Positions 1 to 12,534 of a DNA stretch of 64,000 nucleotides are shown here, one piece after another; position 1 is the stretch's first letter, and each line of letters starts with the position of its first letter. The notes below the pieces were generated by a model, which did not search any database, had not been told where the DNA came from, and worked only from the letters and a program-made list of their open reading frames with translations. The position numbers and the translations under genes are program-made. Source of the DNA: Octopus sinensis (lineage: Eukaryota); assembly GCF_006345805.1 (NCBI RefSeq), contig NW_021836296.1:1-64000 (forward strand), in the 5' to 3' direction.

Positions 1-190
1 TCATTGACTGTGGCCATGCTGGAGCCGTGCTTTTAGACGAGCAAATCGATCCCAGGACTTTGTAAGCCTAGTACTTATTCTATCGGTCTCTCTTGCCCAA
101 CCGTTAAGTGACGGGGATATAAACACACCAGCATCGGTTGTCAAGCGATGTTGGGTGGACAAACGCAGACACACAAACATATACATACAT
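1..190 (-). mobile_element. 3' part of tRNA-derived SINE family K (CORE-like, internal TA/TG microsatellite)
   Basis: Reverse complement of the 3' half of the repeat at 6078-6483 and 55222-55620 (…ctccagcatggccacagtcaatga). Confidence 0.75.
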
Positions 191-208
191 ACACACTCAC
201 ACGCGCAT

Positions 209-240
<32 letters not shown>

Positions 241-361
241 TGTTGTATTTAGGAAAGGTCATGTTGCCAGTTCAGCCAATAAAATCATACGCACTATATA
301 TTTGGTGTCAATTTGCTTCAGCTTTATTTTATTTTTTACATTAATCTTAATCTTATTTCGG

Positions 362-401
362 CCAGAGATCTTTCGTCACACTTCTGTGACCTCATCAGTG
401 G
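362..401 (-). ncRNA. Minimal type I hammerhead ribozyme in the PLE 3' pLTR
   Basis: Minus strand: cca CTGATGA g gtcaca-gaag-tgtgac GAAA gatc TC tgg. Intact core, 6-bp stem II, palindromic stem III AGATCT, CUC site; stem I only 3 bp. Confidence 0.75.
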
Positions 402-673
402 TTCATGTCTTTCTTCTTTCTTATTTGTGTGTCTCTCCTTACTAACGATCAGCCATTTTGTATTTTGCGTAAGCGTATAACTCTATGTGTGTCTATGTTT
501 AGTTAGTGGTGGGGTGGAAGTGCCTGTATTATTTGTATCTCCTGTATATACACGTTCGCGGTATTTGTTCCCTCCAATGTGCATTTATCCACCCTCCTAT
601 GCTCCGTGCCGTTTCCCCTACGTACCTCGTTGTCTTATTACTACATCGTCCCTCTGTACATCTTACACTATAG

Positions 674-1060
674 TTTGGAAGCACTCCGTCGGTTACGACG
701 ACGAGGGTTCCGGTTGATCCGATCAACGGAACAGCCTGCTCGTGAAATTAACGTGTAAGTGGCTGAGCACTCCACAGACACGTGCACCCTTAACGTAGTT
801 CTCGGGGATATTCAGCGTGACACGGGGAGTGACAAGGCCGGCTCTTTGAAATACAGGTACAACAGAAACAGGAAGTAAGAGTGAGAGAAAGTTGTGGTGA
901 AAGAGTACAGCAGGGATCACCACCATCCCTGCCGGAGCATCGTGGAGCTTTAGGTGTTTTCGCTCAATAAACACTCACAACACCCTGTCTGGGAATCGAA
1001 ACCGCGATCCTACGACCGCGAGTCCGCTGCCCTAACCACTGGGCCATTGCACCTCCACTA
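674..1060 (-). mobile_element. Full-length tRNA-derived SINE family A, tail 1
   Basis: tRNA-like A/B-box head (gtggaggtgcaatggcccagtggttagggc…gtttcgattccc); flanked by TSD ttacactatag at 663-673 and 1061-1071. Confidence 0.9.
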
Positions 1061-1457
1061 TTACACTATAGACTACATTTCTGACTTTACAGTTTGTTTG
1101 TGGGCTAAATCTACACACAGTACAGTTCCTATCCGTATAGGGGGTTCTACTAAAAGGATAGGTTCTACAGATTAGGGATTTGATAGGGTTGCCTGGCCTT
1201 TCAACAACCTTAATCTTTTGCTTAAATTTGTCTAGGGCCCTTCTAAATCGGTGCGCCAGTTTACCTCTAGATGTGGTGTCACCGAACATGATACTCTGGT
1301 ATTTGTGGCTATCATACCAAGAGTTGGCTTTAGTCCTTTCAATAGTGTTCCATGACTTGATCCTATAGTGTGGGCAAATCCCATTCCTATCGTTACGTAT
1401 GATAGTATCAAATTTCTTCATGGCTCCTTTGTATGGAAAAAAACAGCATCACTCTTT

Positions 1458-1496
<39 letters not shown>

Positions 1497-1613
1497 ATAT
1501 ACATAATGTCAGGAAGTGTACGTGCATTTTTGTCTGTCTGAGTATCTATGTTTGAGTATATATACATACGCTTCACAAATATATGAATGTGTGTGTACAT
1601 ATATATATAATAT

Positions 1614-1644
<31 letters not shown>

Positions 1645-1700
1645 CTATATATATATGAAAACACAAGTCAAAATAGAAAATGCTAAATTTTTATAAAGAC

Positions 1701-1746
1701 ATTTCAGTACCGGTTTCGGTCATTTTGAGACCTTTTCAACTGTAAC
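1701..1746 (-). ncRNA. Minimal type I hammerhead, U3:A8 core variant
   Basis: Minus strand: gttacag TTGAAAA ggtc-tcaaaat-gacc GAAA ccgg TA ctgaaat. Stem II 4 bp, palindromic stem III ACCGGT, GUA site. Confidence 0.7.
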
Positions 1747-2377
1747 GATTAAATAATTAATTTAGAAAAATTAGAAAAAAGTTTTTTAAAGGAATATTTG
1801 TATAGTGTTCAAGTATAAGTGGCATTCTGCCTTTCTCTGACTCCCTTATTTGCACTTGTGTGTTCGAGGTCGTTGTGAATTCTGGTAGGGTAGAAGAAGA
1901 AGAAGGCTGATGAGGAGAGGGGGTGGAAAAATTTGGAGTGCCTTGATTGTTGTATTTTGAATGGTCAGTGACGGCTAGCAGTTGCAGTTCAATTCAGGAG
2001 AATATTTCTATTGAGAGGTTTGTTTATGGAATTTGCGTAGGTGTTTTACTAAAAAGCATTAGTGATAAAGTTAAGAGGTAGAAGGTGGAGCAGAAGAAGA
2101 AGATGACGATGTTGATGATGATGATGATGATGATGAAGAAGAAGAAGAAGAAGAAGGAGAAGGAGAAGAAGATGATGATGATGATGGTGGTGATGATGAC
2201 ATACATATATATATATATATACATATACATATGTATGTATATTGAGTTAACTAAGGGCTCATCAACGGAGTGATTGTAGTGTGTGATGTGATGTGGTGTG
2301 TGTGTTGATGGGACGGCTATCATATCTCAACATGAAGCAATCATATATATATTAATTTTATATAGATAGATAGATAG

Positions 2378-2410
<33 letters not shown>

Positions 2411-2430
2411 CGTATATGTATATATGATAT

Positions 2431-2484
<54 letters not shown>

Positions 2485-3239
2485 ATATATATATTAATAT
2501 ATATACATATATAATAATGTATATATGAATGAGTATGGTATGAAACAATGTATGTATGCACACACACACACGCACATATATATATAATATATATATTATA
2601 TACACCACACTCACATACATACATATATATAAATGCATACATACATACATATTCACCTTTATGTATTCACAACCAGCGACAAAACATTAACCTCTTCGAG
2701 ATGAAGCAAAATGACAACACCAACCACAAGAACAACAACAACAGTACAGAAGACAACGCTACAAAAATAAAACAGACTCTCACTCTCTCTCTTTCTCTCA
2801 CACACACACACACACGCACACACCAGACCAGAGTCGAGAAAAATCTTGTTAAGTAGTAATTTGTTTGTATAGCTTGTTAAGTAGAATCACGTGAAATTAG
2901 ATTCGACGAGGATTCTCGGAATAAATTTAAATATCAAACGACCATTTTGTAGTCGTCTGCAGTTCACAACACAACGTCATTTGCTTAGAATAGGTCTCTT
3001 CTTCTTCTATTGTCTGACCTTCTCGATTGACCTCAAGGTAAAGAGTTCGGTGACCTTTCTGGCTGTTTATTTATACTTGTGCAACCTCACATATACTTAT
3101 AATCTGTATGTGTGTGCATCTGTGTGTGTGTATACATATATATGTATGTGTGTGTGTGTGTGTATTTGTAAAAATGTATATGAATATATGTATGAGTGTC
3201 TGTGTGTTTAAATCTAAATGTATCTTAATGGCAATACAG

Positions 3240-3437
3240 TGTTGTATATATATATATATATATATATTATCATGTATATTTTTTATATATATATACATAT
3301 ATATATATAATATATGTATATATATTATATATATATATGTATATATATATATAATATACATATATATATATATTATATATATACTTTATATATATAAATA
3401 TATACATATTACATTATATATAATATATATATATATA

Positions 3438-3472
<35 letters not shown>

Positions 3473-3571
3473 ATACATATATATATATATATTATATATA
3501 TTATATATATGTATATAAACACACACATGTACATGTAGGTATAGAAACATATATACATATACGCGCGCGCG

Positions 3572-3612
<41 letters not shown>
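3240..3612. repeat. (TA)n and (CA)n microsatellite block
   Basis: Direct reading. Confidence 0.95.
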
Positions 3613-3615
<3 letters not shown>

Positions 3616-4104
3616 AAGGTGTTTCTGTCAAGTGTTTCTTTGATTATTTTCACAACGAGGTCAAAGGTTGCGAACGGAAAAAAAGAAATCATCAGAGCGC
3701 CGTACAAAATGCTTACCTGCCCCTTTGTTCGGCTCTTAACTTCCTCACTTCATCATTGCGCCGATTACAACTTAGCATTCCGTCCTTGCCACTTGAGTAT
3801 ACTTGTGGATGTAAACGATTATCCCCGCCACCCCGTCGGAACTTTGCTGGCCTTGTGCTAAATATTTGAGACAATTTATGGCGGAAAGATGGTATGTTAG
3901 AACTCTGGTAAAATGCCTTGTGGTATTTGTTGCCACTCGTTAGTTCCTGATTTCAATTTTGACTAGAATTGAGTTTAATTTTATCCCTTCAAGGTCGATA
4001 AAACAAACTACGAGTCAAAGTAATTGGGGCGGTGAAATCAGTTTGCCCCCCTCCTTTTAAAACTGGTAGTCTTGTGCCAAAAGTATAATTAACATAAATA
4101 AGTC

Positions 4105-4352
4105 AATTTCCTTCCCGAGTCATATGGTCTCGTAGGGGTGGATTCCCGCTTTCCATGGCGTATAAATACCTCACCTGGACGGGACGCCAGTTCATCGCAG
4201 GGTTACTCATCGTTCCCAGCTGAGTAGACTGGAGCAAAGTGAAATGATGTGTTTTGCATAAGAATCCAACGCGTCGCCTGGTCCATGAATCGAAACCACA
4301 ATCTTACAGTCATGAGTCTTATACCCTAACCAATAAGCCACAGGCCTTCACC
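4105..4352 (-). mobile_element. Degenerate tRNA-derived SINE family D with tail-2-like 3' end
   Basis: Head matches 5700/63006. The 3' part (cacctggacgggacgccagttcatcgcagg) matches the tail at 9715-9740. Confidence 0.6.
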
Positions 4353-5663
4353 GTTCCACTTATTATATATTATTTTCTCGTTACTGCCTTTCCTTATTTT
4401 GTACCTTTTCCTGTTGTCCTCGTGGTTGGTCTTTTTCTCCTTTGGTCTGAAGATCACCGTCTTCTTTTGTACTAAACGTAGTCTTCCCTTCGTGTTCGCC
4501 ACTCCAGTAGGTTTTCGACGCCATAAAATTGAACAATATTATCGATAAAGGGCCAAAATTGTGATGATTATTGGTAGAAAACTGATGAGAGAGGATCACG
4601 TCCATGTCTTTTGCGTGTTGTTTCCAGTATTCTACATGTTCCTCTGTTGTCCTGTACTGCTATATCTCACTATATTTATAGGTTTTTCACGCCACAAAAT
4701 TGAAAAATGAAATAAAGTGTTTTGCTCGAGAACACGACGCGTCGCCTGGCCCAGAAACCGAAACCACAATCTTACGACCATGATTCCGACACCCTAACCA
4801 CTAAGCCACGCATTTCCCTTATCAGAAGGAAGTCAACAGGGTCATCTTTAAATGCAATTCCGAGCTAGAAGTAGCAGTCAAATCACCTAGGCGCGAACAC
4901 ACATACAGACACAGACACACTCGTTCGCGCGAACACACACACGCACTCTCTCACTCTTTGTCTCTCTCACTCTCTCTCTCTCTCTTTCTCTCTCTCACTC
5001 ACACTCTCTTTCTTTCTTTCTTTGTATTTCACTCTCGAGTGTTGAAATGAAATTCCAGATCAGTCATTGACCTATTGCGGCCCGCGGGACATTCTGAATG
5101 AAATGCCAAATGATTAATTACTTTGATTTCTTTTTGTGCTGCTCGCCTGAGGATGATCCACATCTCATCCTTCCCATTTCTCTAGAAAAGTTGTCCCTGC
5201 CTGTTCTAAATTATAGAACACCTCGCGAAACAGGAAAGGGTGGATGGTCACATCTAGAACGTCTTTCATAATAGGCCTGTTTGATCAGACACGGTCTGAG
5301 ACTGACGCACCACCCCACCACCACCACCACCACAAACAACAACAACAACCGTCTTCATACGATCTTAAAAGAGAAGGGAAACTGCCCGTTATTCAAGCTA
5401 GAAAAAGCAGTCAAATTCCTCACAAAAATCCTTCCTATTGTTTGACAAAAATAAAGGATGCATTCATTTGGCAGCATAATCAAAGACTTCAACAGGGAAA
5501 ACTAAAAAGAGTGGATTGTCACGGATGGAGTGTCTTTAGTCCTATGTCTGCTCCGCTGAAAGGTGGCCGAAGATTAAGCAACAGCAACCTCCAATCATAG
5601 TTATTTGCATCTTGCATGGCATCAATTGATGGAGAACTAGAGACAGTGTTGACATATATATTG

Positions 5664-5698
<35 letters not shown>

Positions 5699-5699
5699 G

Positions 5700-6022
5700 T
5701 GAAGGCGCGTGACTTAGTGGTTAGGTCATTCCACCCACGATTGTGAAGTAGTAAGTTCAAATCCCAGCAACACGTTGTGTCCTTGAGCAAGACACTTTAT
5801 TTCACTTTATTGCTCCAGTCCACTCAGCTGGCAAAAATGAATTGTACCAGTAATTCAAAGGGGCCAGCTTTGTCACACTATGTGTCACGCGGAATCTTCC
5901 TGAGAACTACGTTAAGGGTACACGTGTCTGTGGGGTGCTCAGCTACTTGCACGTTAATTTCATGAGCAGGCTATTCCGTTGATCGGATCAACTGGAACCC
6001 TCGTCGTCGTAACCGACGTGCT
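5700..6022 (+). mobile_element. SINE family D head/core with tail 1
   Basis: gaaggcgcgtgacttagtggttagg…gttcaaatccc…ttgagcaagacac, then the same 3' tail as family A (gagaactacgttaaggg…gtcgtcgtaaccgac). Confidence 0.8.
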
Positions 6023-6077
6023 GTTTGGGAGCAAATATACCAAACAAGCCACAATTTTCAAACAGTATCTGTAAATA

Positions 6078-6483
6078 GGCGCAGGAGTGGCTGTGTGGTA
6101 AGTAGCTTGCCTACCAGCCACATGGTTCTGGGTTCAGTCCCACTGCGTGGCATCTTGGGCAAGTGTCTTCTGCTATAGCCTCAGGCCGACCAAAGCCTTG
6201 TGAGTGGATTTGGTAGACGGAAACTGAAAGAAGCCTGTCATATATATGTATATATATATATATGTGTGTGTGTATGTATGTGTTTGTGTGTCTGTTTGTC
6301 CCTCTAGCATTGCTTGACAACCGATGCTGGTGTGTTTACGTCCCCGTCACTTAGCGGTTCGGCAAAAGAGACCGATAGAATAAGTACTGGGCTTACAAAG
6401 AATAAGTCCCGGGGTCGATTTGCTCGACTAAAGGCGGTGCTCCAGTATGGCCGCAGTCAAATGACTGAAACAAGTAAAAGAGA
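6078..6483 (+). mobile_element. Full-length SINE family K
   Basis: tRNA-like head gcaggagtggctgtgtggtaag…gggttcagtccc, cttgggcaagtg core, internal microsatellite, short tandem tail. Confidence 0.85.
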
Positions 6484-7343
6484 GTAAGTAGTATTTGTGT
6501 ATGGACGTAGTGTTACTTTGATTGTGATAGCACAACTCTTTCACACTATCAACTAGCTTATGTTGCTATATAACAGCAACGTGAATTAGAATATTCTCCT
6601 GACGATGTGTCCTTTCAACGCTATTACGTAATCGTTTACGTTATGATTAACACATAACGTAACAGTATTTGTTATTGAAACATATGTAACATAACGTCAT
6701 ATACCATCGAACCACGTGAGGATAAAGCGGAAAAAAATAAAATGATAAAAAAAACCAGCAAAGCAATTATTGAGGCTCGAATTGAGAACATTATGAATCG
6801 TGCCTCCATGAGACAAGAGAACTTTAGGTGGAGACTTAACGAGTTTGCTATTCCAGCGATGCATTTGCAAAGAGATCTTCTAAGGAAGAGTTAAAGCTGT
6901 TCTGAAAGGTCACCTGAACTTAAAGGTCAATGAAATTTATTTTGCAATTGTGGTTTAACCGATATCTGAAAATGCACTACTCACACACACACACACAAAG
7001 TTATAGCTTATTTACATACATGATTTATATACCGTGAGCTATTATTACCGCAACATTAGGATTTTAGGTTTCAGCGGTTTCTTCTCTGAAGGCATTCTGC
7101 TGTTCGTCTCTCATGAGAGCTTCTTACCAGTACAGCAACATTTGGATTCTAGCTAATTCGTAAAAGAAGCTTATTCATGAATAATGATTACAACTTGATT
7201 TCGAGTAATGCCATCATTTTGGTCCTTCCTCATAAGCTTGAGCCGTGTTCGAATCCCACCTGGCATTACTTGCGTTTCCAGGTGTCGCAACCTGCTTATT
7301 TCAGTTCGTGCGATCAGTGTTATTGTTATTATTATTATTATTA

Positions 7344-7380
<37 letters not shown>

Positions 7381-7405
7381 CATTATTATTATTATTATTA
7401 TTATT

Positions 7406-7490
7406 GAGTGAGAGAGCAGTGCATGCCATCAAAGTGACACTGGGGTAAAATATACGAAGCCCAGTATACCCATCAGGAATACTCGTCTGA
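7406..7490 (-). mobile_element. Short 3' fragment of (AAT)n-tailed retroposon family B
   Basis: Reverse complement of about 8190-8276; embedded in (TTA)n/(AAT)n. Confidence 0.8.
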
Positions 7491-7604
7491 TAATAATAAC
7501 AATAATAATAATAAATAATAATAATAACAATAATAATAATAATAATAATAATAATGATAATAATAATAATAATGATAATAATAATAATGGTAATAATAAT
7601 AATA

Positions 7605-7707
<103 letters not shown>

Positions 7708-7720
7708 TAATAATAATAAA

Positions 7721-8276
7721 ATGCCCTGATGCAGTACCAGGCAGTGGCTCTCATGGCTTCTGATCTTAACTGATTGGAAGTTTTATCATGTACATTGTTT
7801 TGTCTTGGTATAAAAGATGGGCCACAGCAAATATTCTGCTCAATACCACAGATTTGCTTGTCAGTTGTTTGACCTTAACCAGTTGAGCATGTCCCTTAGT
7901 GGCTGACGATATGTGCATCTCTGATCACGAGCAAAAGTAGTGGGGGAGCATCATAGCCATGTGTTGAGAGGGATTCTTTGGGGTTTGAATAATTCACCTC
8001 TGGAAACATGGGTGGTTCTTTCAACATCCTTAAACAACCCTTATTCAGGGACCTTTTGAGCGGGATGGGCTACTCAACCTGAAGGAAATTCTAACTGGGC
8101 CCCACCTGCAAGGTCATGTGCTGTTTATCTTGATATGAGATCACCATGTCGCGCACATATGGTTGTGATGCATGTGCCTGGTGTACCTTTATCAGACGGG
8201 TAGTCATGATGGGTATATTGGGCTTCGTATATTTTACCCCAGTGTCACTTTGATGGCATGCACTGCTCTCTCACTC
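7721..8276 (+). mobile_element. Longest copy of (AAT)n-tailed retroposon family B
   Basis: Homologous to 22112, 26769, 27113 and 32739 copies. All share the 3' end ctctctcactc(aat)n or stop just short of it, and have variable 5' ends. Confidence 0.8.
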
Positions 8277-8459
8277 AATAATAATAATAATAGTAATACA
8301 AGAGCACGCAGAGAGTGCGAACCTCCACCAAGGCAACACCAACGTCCTCTTGATTTTTGAAATGAGAATATCTGAATTAAATCCGACTGCTCTCGAAAAA
8401 TTAAGGAAAGGAAACCGGAAAAATAATCCAGAATCCTTGTCCGGTACCTGTAGCAGTAT

Positions 8460-8635
8460 GAAGACATCGGCGGCGGTGGTGGCGGCTGCGGTGGTGGTAG
8501 AGCTGGTAGTGGTGATGATGGTTGTTGTTGTTGTTGTTGTTTTTGGTGGTGGTGGTGGTGGTAGTGGTGGTGGTAGTGGTTAAGGTGGTGGTGATAGTGA
8601 AGGTGGTAGTGGTGGTGGCAGTGGTGGCGGTGGTG

Positions 8636-8679
<44 letters not shown>

Positions 8680-9300
8680 GGTGGTGGTGGTGGTGTTGGT
8701 GGCAACGGTGGTGGTGTTGGCGGCGGTGGTGGTGGTAGTGGTTAAGGTGGTGGTGATAGTGAAGGTGGTAGTGGTGGTGGCAGTGGTGGCGGTGGTGTGG
8801 TGGTGGTGTAGTAGTAGTAGTAGTAGTAGTGTGGTGGTGGTGGTGGTGGTGTGGTGTTGGTGGCAACGGTGGTGGTGTTGGCGGCGGTGGTGGTGGTAGT
8901 GGTAGTGGTGGTGGTAGTGGTGGTGGTGGTGCTTGTGCTGGTGGTGGTGGTGGTAGTGGTGGCGTTATGATGACATCGGCGGCCTTGGTGGTGGCTTTGA
9001 TGGCGGTAGCGCTGGCTGCTGTGCTGCTGCTGCTGGAAGTGGTAATGGTGATTGTGGTGGTGGTGGTTGCGGCCGCTGTAGTGGCGGCGGCGGCGTCGAC
9101 GATGCCGTGGCTCTGGTGTTGGTGCTGGTGGTCGTGGAGGGGATGTTATTAATCTTTTCGTGGCGATCGTAGTAGTGGTGGCAGTGATGTCAGTGGTGGT
9201 GGTGGTGGTGGCGTTACTACTACTGTTGCTGCTGCTGCTACTGCTACTGCTGGAATAATGGTAGTAGGAGGTGGTGGTGGGGTGGCGGCGGGGGTAAAGT
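8460..9300. repeat. (GGT)n/(AGT)n low-complexity tract with 162-bp internal duplication
   Basis: taaggtggtggtgatagtgaagg occurs at 8581 and 8743. Confidence 0.85.
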
Positions 9301-9636
9301 AATTCATTCTTTGATATCCTGGAGTTTCTTGTTTCTAAATAACTTTATTTCCTGTCTCCTCCCAATAACCACTTTAATAACCTCAGATAATCCACCCTCA
9401 TTACAGTATAATGTAACGCAACTAATAGGGTGGAATTGGTACTCAATCTGGCTTCCGTGAATGTTGTTGTTTAGCCCTAGGCTGTGGTACGTGGATCAGT
9501 GGTTAAGGTATTTGGCATAGGATCGTAGAGTCGTGTGTTCGATATCGGGCAGCGCGTTTGCGTCCTTCAGCAAGACACTCTATCTCACGTTGCTCCGGTC
9601 CACTCAGCTGGAAAAAAATGAGTTGTATCTGTAATT

Positions 9637-9940
9637 GTTGTTTGTTCCTTCTCGAGCCATGCCTGGCTCATAAGGGCCGGTTTCCCGGTTTCCTTGGCGT
9701 ATAGGTTCTCCCACCTGGATGGGACGTCGGTCCGTCGCAAGTGAGCTGCAAGATGCAGGAGGAAAGAGTGAGAGAAATTTGTGGCGAAAGAATCAGCAGA
9801 AGTTCGCCGTTACCTTCTACCGGACCGGCTGGAGCTTAGGTGTTTTGCTCATAAACACACACATCGCCCGGTCTGAGATTCGAACCCGCGATCCCTCGAA
9901 CGCGAGTCCGCTGCTCTAACCACTAGGCCATGTGCCACCA
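9637..9940 (-). mobile_element. SINE with family A-related head and tail 2, copy 1
   Basis: tRNA-like head at 9880-9940; tail …ccaggcatggctcgagaaggaac(aa). Confidence 0.8.
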
Positions 9941-10019
9941 CATGAGATTATTGATTTGAGGAAGGTTTGTCTGTAAGCTGTTGCAGATCGTACCCGTAAA
10001 TATAGCCATGAGATTATTG

Positions 10020-10290
10020 TTCCTTCTCGAGCCATACCTGGCTCATAAGGGCCGGTTTCCTGGATGGGACGCCGGTCCGTCGCAGGTGAGCTGCAAGATA
10101 CAGGTGGAAAAAGTGAGAGAAAGTCGTGGTGAAAGAGTCAGCAGAAGTTCGCCATTGCCTTCTCCCGGAGCCGTGTGGAGCTTAGGTGTTTCTCTCATAA
10201 ACACACACATCGCCCGGTCTGAGATTCGAACCCGCGATCCCTCGACCGCGAGTCCGCTGCTCTAACCACTAGGCCATGTTCCTCCCCTCC
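10020..10290 (-). mobile_element. SINE with family A-related head and tail 2, copy 2
   Basis: Highly similar to 9637-9940 with a deletion in the tail. Confidence 0.8.
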
Positions 10291-10573
10291 CTGTAATTCA
10301 ACAGGGCCAGCCTTGTCATATTCTGCGTCATGCTGAATCTCCCTGAGAACTACGCTATGGGTACGCGTGTCTGTGGAATACTCGGCCACTTCTGGACGTT
10401 TATTTTACGAGCTGGCTGTTCCGTCCAACGCATCAACCGGAACACTCGTCGTCACCACCGACGGACCGTCAATTATTTTGTTTATTTGTTTGTTTTTCTT
10501 TGTTTTTCTTTTCTGAGGCCTGACGGAACAGATTCATCATCAAATGCTTCCTAGTACTGACCATCCTGTCTGT

Positions 10574-11050
10574 TACGAGGTGGTATCAAAAAGTTCCCGG
10601 ATTGGTTCTGTAGCGCGCCAACATACGGCAGCGCACTGTTGCGCGTGCAGCGAGCGCTAGCAGCAACCTTTATGAAGGAGTCTGTCCAGTGACATCGCTT
10701 TGTTAACTTCGCATGTTGTGAAATTTGTGTTTTTGTGATCACCTGTATGCTGTAGTCCGCGATTTTTTAAATCACAGGTAGGAATTTGGAACAAAGTGGC
10801 AACGTCAAATTTTGCGTTGAACTTCGGACGTCTGCTACAGAGACATTGAGCATGCTTCGGCAATGAGGCAATGGGCCGCACACAATGTTTCGTGTGGCAC
10901 GGGCGCGTCAAAATAAAAAAGGAAAAACGTCTCTGAAAAACGATGTACAATCTGGAAAACCTGCCAGGCGAGTCACCACCGGAAATGTGATGTGTATCGA
11001 GAATTCGTTCCCCCAGGGCCAGACCATCAGTCGAGAGCTCCTGGTGTCCT
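10574..11050 (+). mobile_element. Internally deleted mariner transposon, left end
   Basis: TA-cgaggtggtatcaaaaagtt TIR-like start; broken frames VKFCVEL…ATETLSML/GNEAMGRTQCF.WH and later VYREFVPQGQTI. Confidence 0.8.
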
Positions 11051-11069
11051 TTGATGTAGAATTTATGCA

Positions 11070-11452
11070 TGGAGGCGCAATGGCCCAGTGGTTAGGGCAG
11101 CGGACTCGCGGTCGGAGGATCGCGGTTTCGATTCCCAGACCGGGCGTTGTGAGTGTTTATTGAGCGAAAACACCTAAAGCTCCACGAGGCTCCGGCAGGG
11201 GATGGTGGTGATCCCTGCTGTACTCTTTCACCACAACTTTCTCTCACTCTTACTTCCTGTTTCTGTTGTACCTGCATTTCAAAGGGCAGGCCTTGTCAGT
11301 CTCCGTGTCACGCTGAATATCCCCCGAGAACTACGTTAAGGGTGCACGTGTCTGTGGAGTGCTCAAGCACTTACACGTTAATTTCACGAACAGGCTGTTC
11401 CGTTGATCGGATCAACCGGAACCCTCGTCGTCGTAACCGACGGAGTGCTTCC
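11070..11452 (+). mobile_element. Full-length SINE family A, tail 1
   Basis: Near-identical to 674-1060; TSD agaatttatgc at 11058-11068 and 11459-11469. Confidence 0.9.
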
Positions 11453-11742
11453 ATCCCCAGAATTTATGCGCATTTAGTTGATTCTTTGCATTATATATTC
11501 ATCCAAGGTAGATATTCCTCAGCAGCTTTGTCAACGTTTAACCCTTTCCGTATACTGTATAAATTCCAATTAAGAGAAATTCAGAATTTTTTCCAGGTGA
11601 TCAAAGCACCTTTTAATTGTTTAATTGTTTATCTTAAAGAACTCTGCATGTTCCCTATCATTCGATGTGGTTAGCCAACTCTGGAATATATCAGAGAGCT
11701 AATGAGTTACCTGCCTGAATTCCAATTCCATATTCCTCTACG

Positions 11743-11784
<42 letters not shown>

Positions 11785-11801
11785 TATATATATATATATA
11801 C

Positions 11802-11833
<32 letters not shown>

Positions 11834-11849
11834 GCATATATATATATAC

Positions 11850-11971
<122 letters not shown>

Positions 11972-12156
11972 TATATTCACTCGTCCTCCAACGCGTGGGA
12001 TTGAATCAGAATTCGGTCGGTTCTCTATTAAGTGTTTTATTGATGGTCTTGGCTATTTAAATGTTGTTAATTTTAATTAATTGTGCAGCAATTAAGCGAA
12101 AGGCAAGCCCGGAATTTCATTAGGAATTTCCATCCTTTTATGTATTGTTTGTTTTT

Positions 12157-12263
<107 letters not shown>

Positions 12264-12534
12264 TCTCTTTCCAGCGAGATCGTCGACATAGATTCTGTAG
12301 GTTGTTGGTTCAGGACGGAAAATTGCCGGTTATTAAGTCGTTTGAGTTAAACTACATTGTAGTGTCGATTTAAACTTTCCTTAGTGAATCAATCTTGTGA
12401 CCGACTTGGGCGACATTTTAAAACGTAAATGATGCTAGGGTTACGGCAGTGCTGTCGTTCAACTGATAGTTCTGGCTGTAGTGGCAGTGGTGGTAATGGT
12501 GGTGGTGGTGGTGGTGGTGGTGGTGGTGGTGGTG

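Larger units (their letters stand above)
240..1445 (-). mobile_element. Penelope-like retroelement relic: RT-thumb/linker plus GIY-YIG endonuclease and 3' pLTR, interrupted by a SINE
   Basis: 1421-1061 reads …KIKVVERPGNPIKSLICRTYPF…CTVC…NCKVRNVV. After removing the SINE it continues in frame as YSVRCTEGRC…YVGETARSIGGWINAH, the VY…YxGET GIY-YIG motif. It then frameshifts, followed by a hammerhead and AATAAA. Confidence 0.85.
9485..10460 (+). mobile_element. Old family D/tail 1 SINE split by a nested insertion
   Basis: Head/core 9485-9636 and tail 10291-10460; ctgtaatt duplicated at 9629-9636 and 10291-10298. Confidence 0.7.

Noticed and set aside
6635-6696. GAAACATATGTA palindromic stem-III-like motif and nearby 10-bp hairpin
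   Set aside because: No CUGANGA-type core in the required position.
6905-6929. AGGTCA-cc-TGAACT-taa-AGGTCA nuclear-receptor-like half sites
   Set aside because: Short motifs with no nearby promoter or conservation evidence.
11070-11150. tRNA-like sequences here and at other SINE heads
   Set aside because: SINE promoters with degenerate cloverleaves followed by SINE bodies; not tRNA genes.
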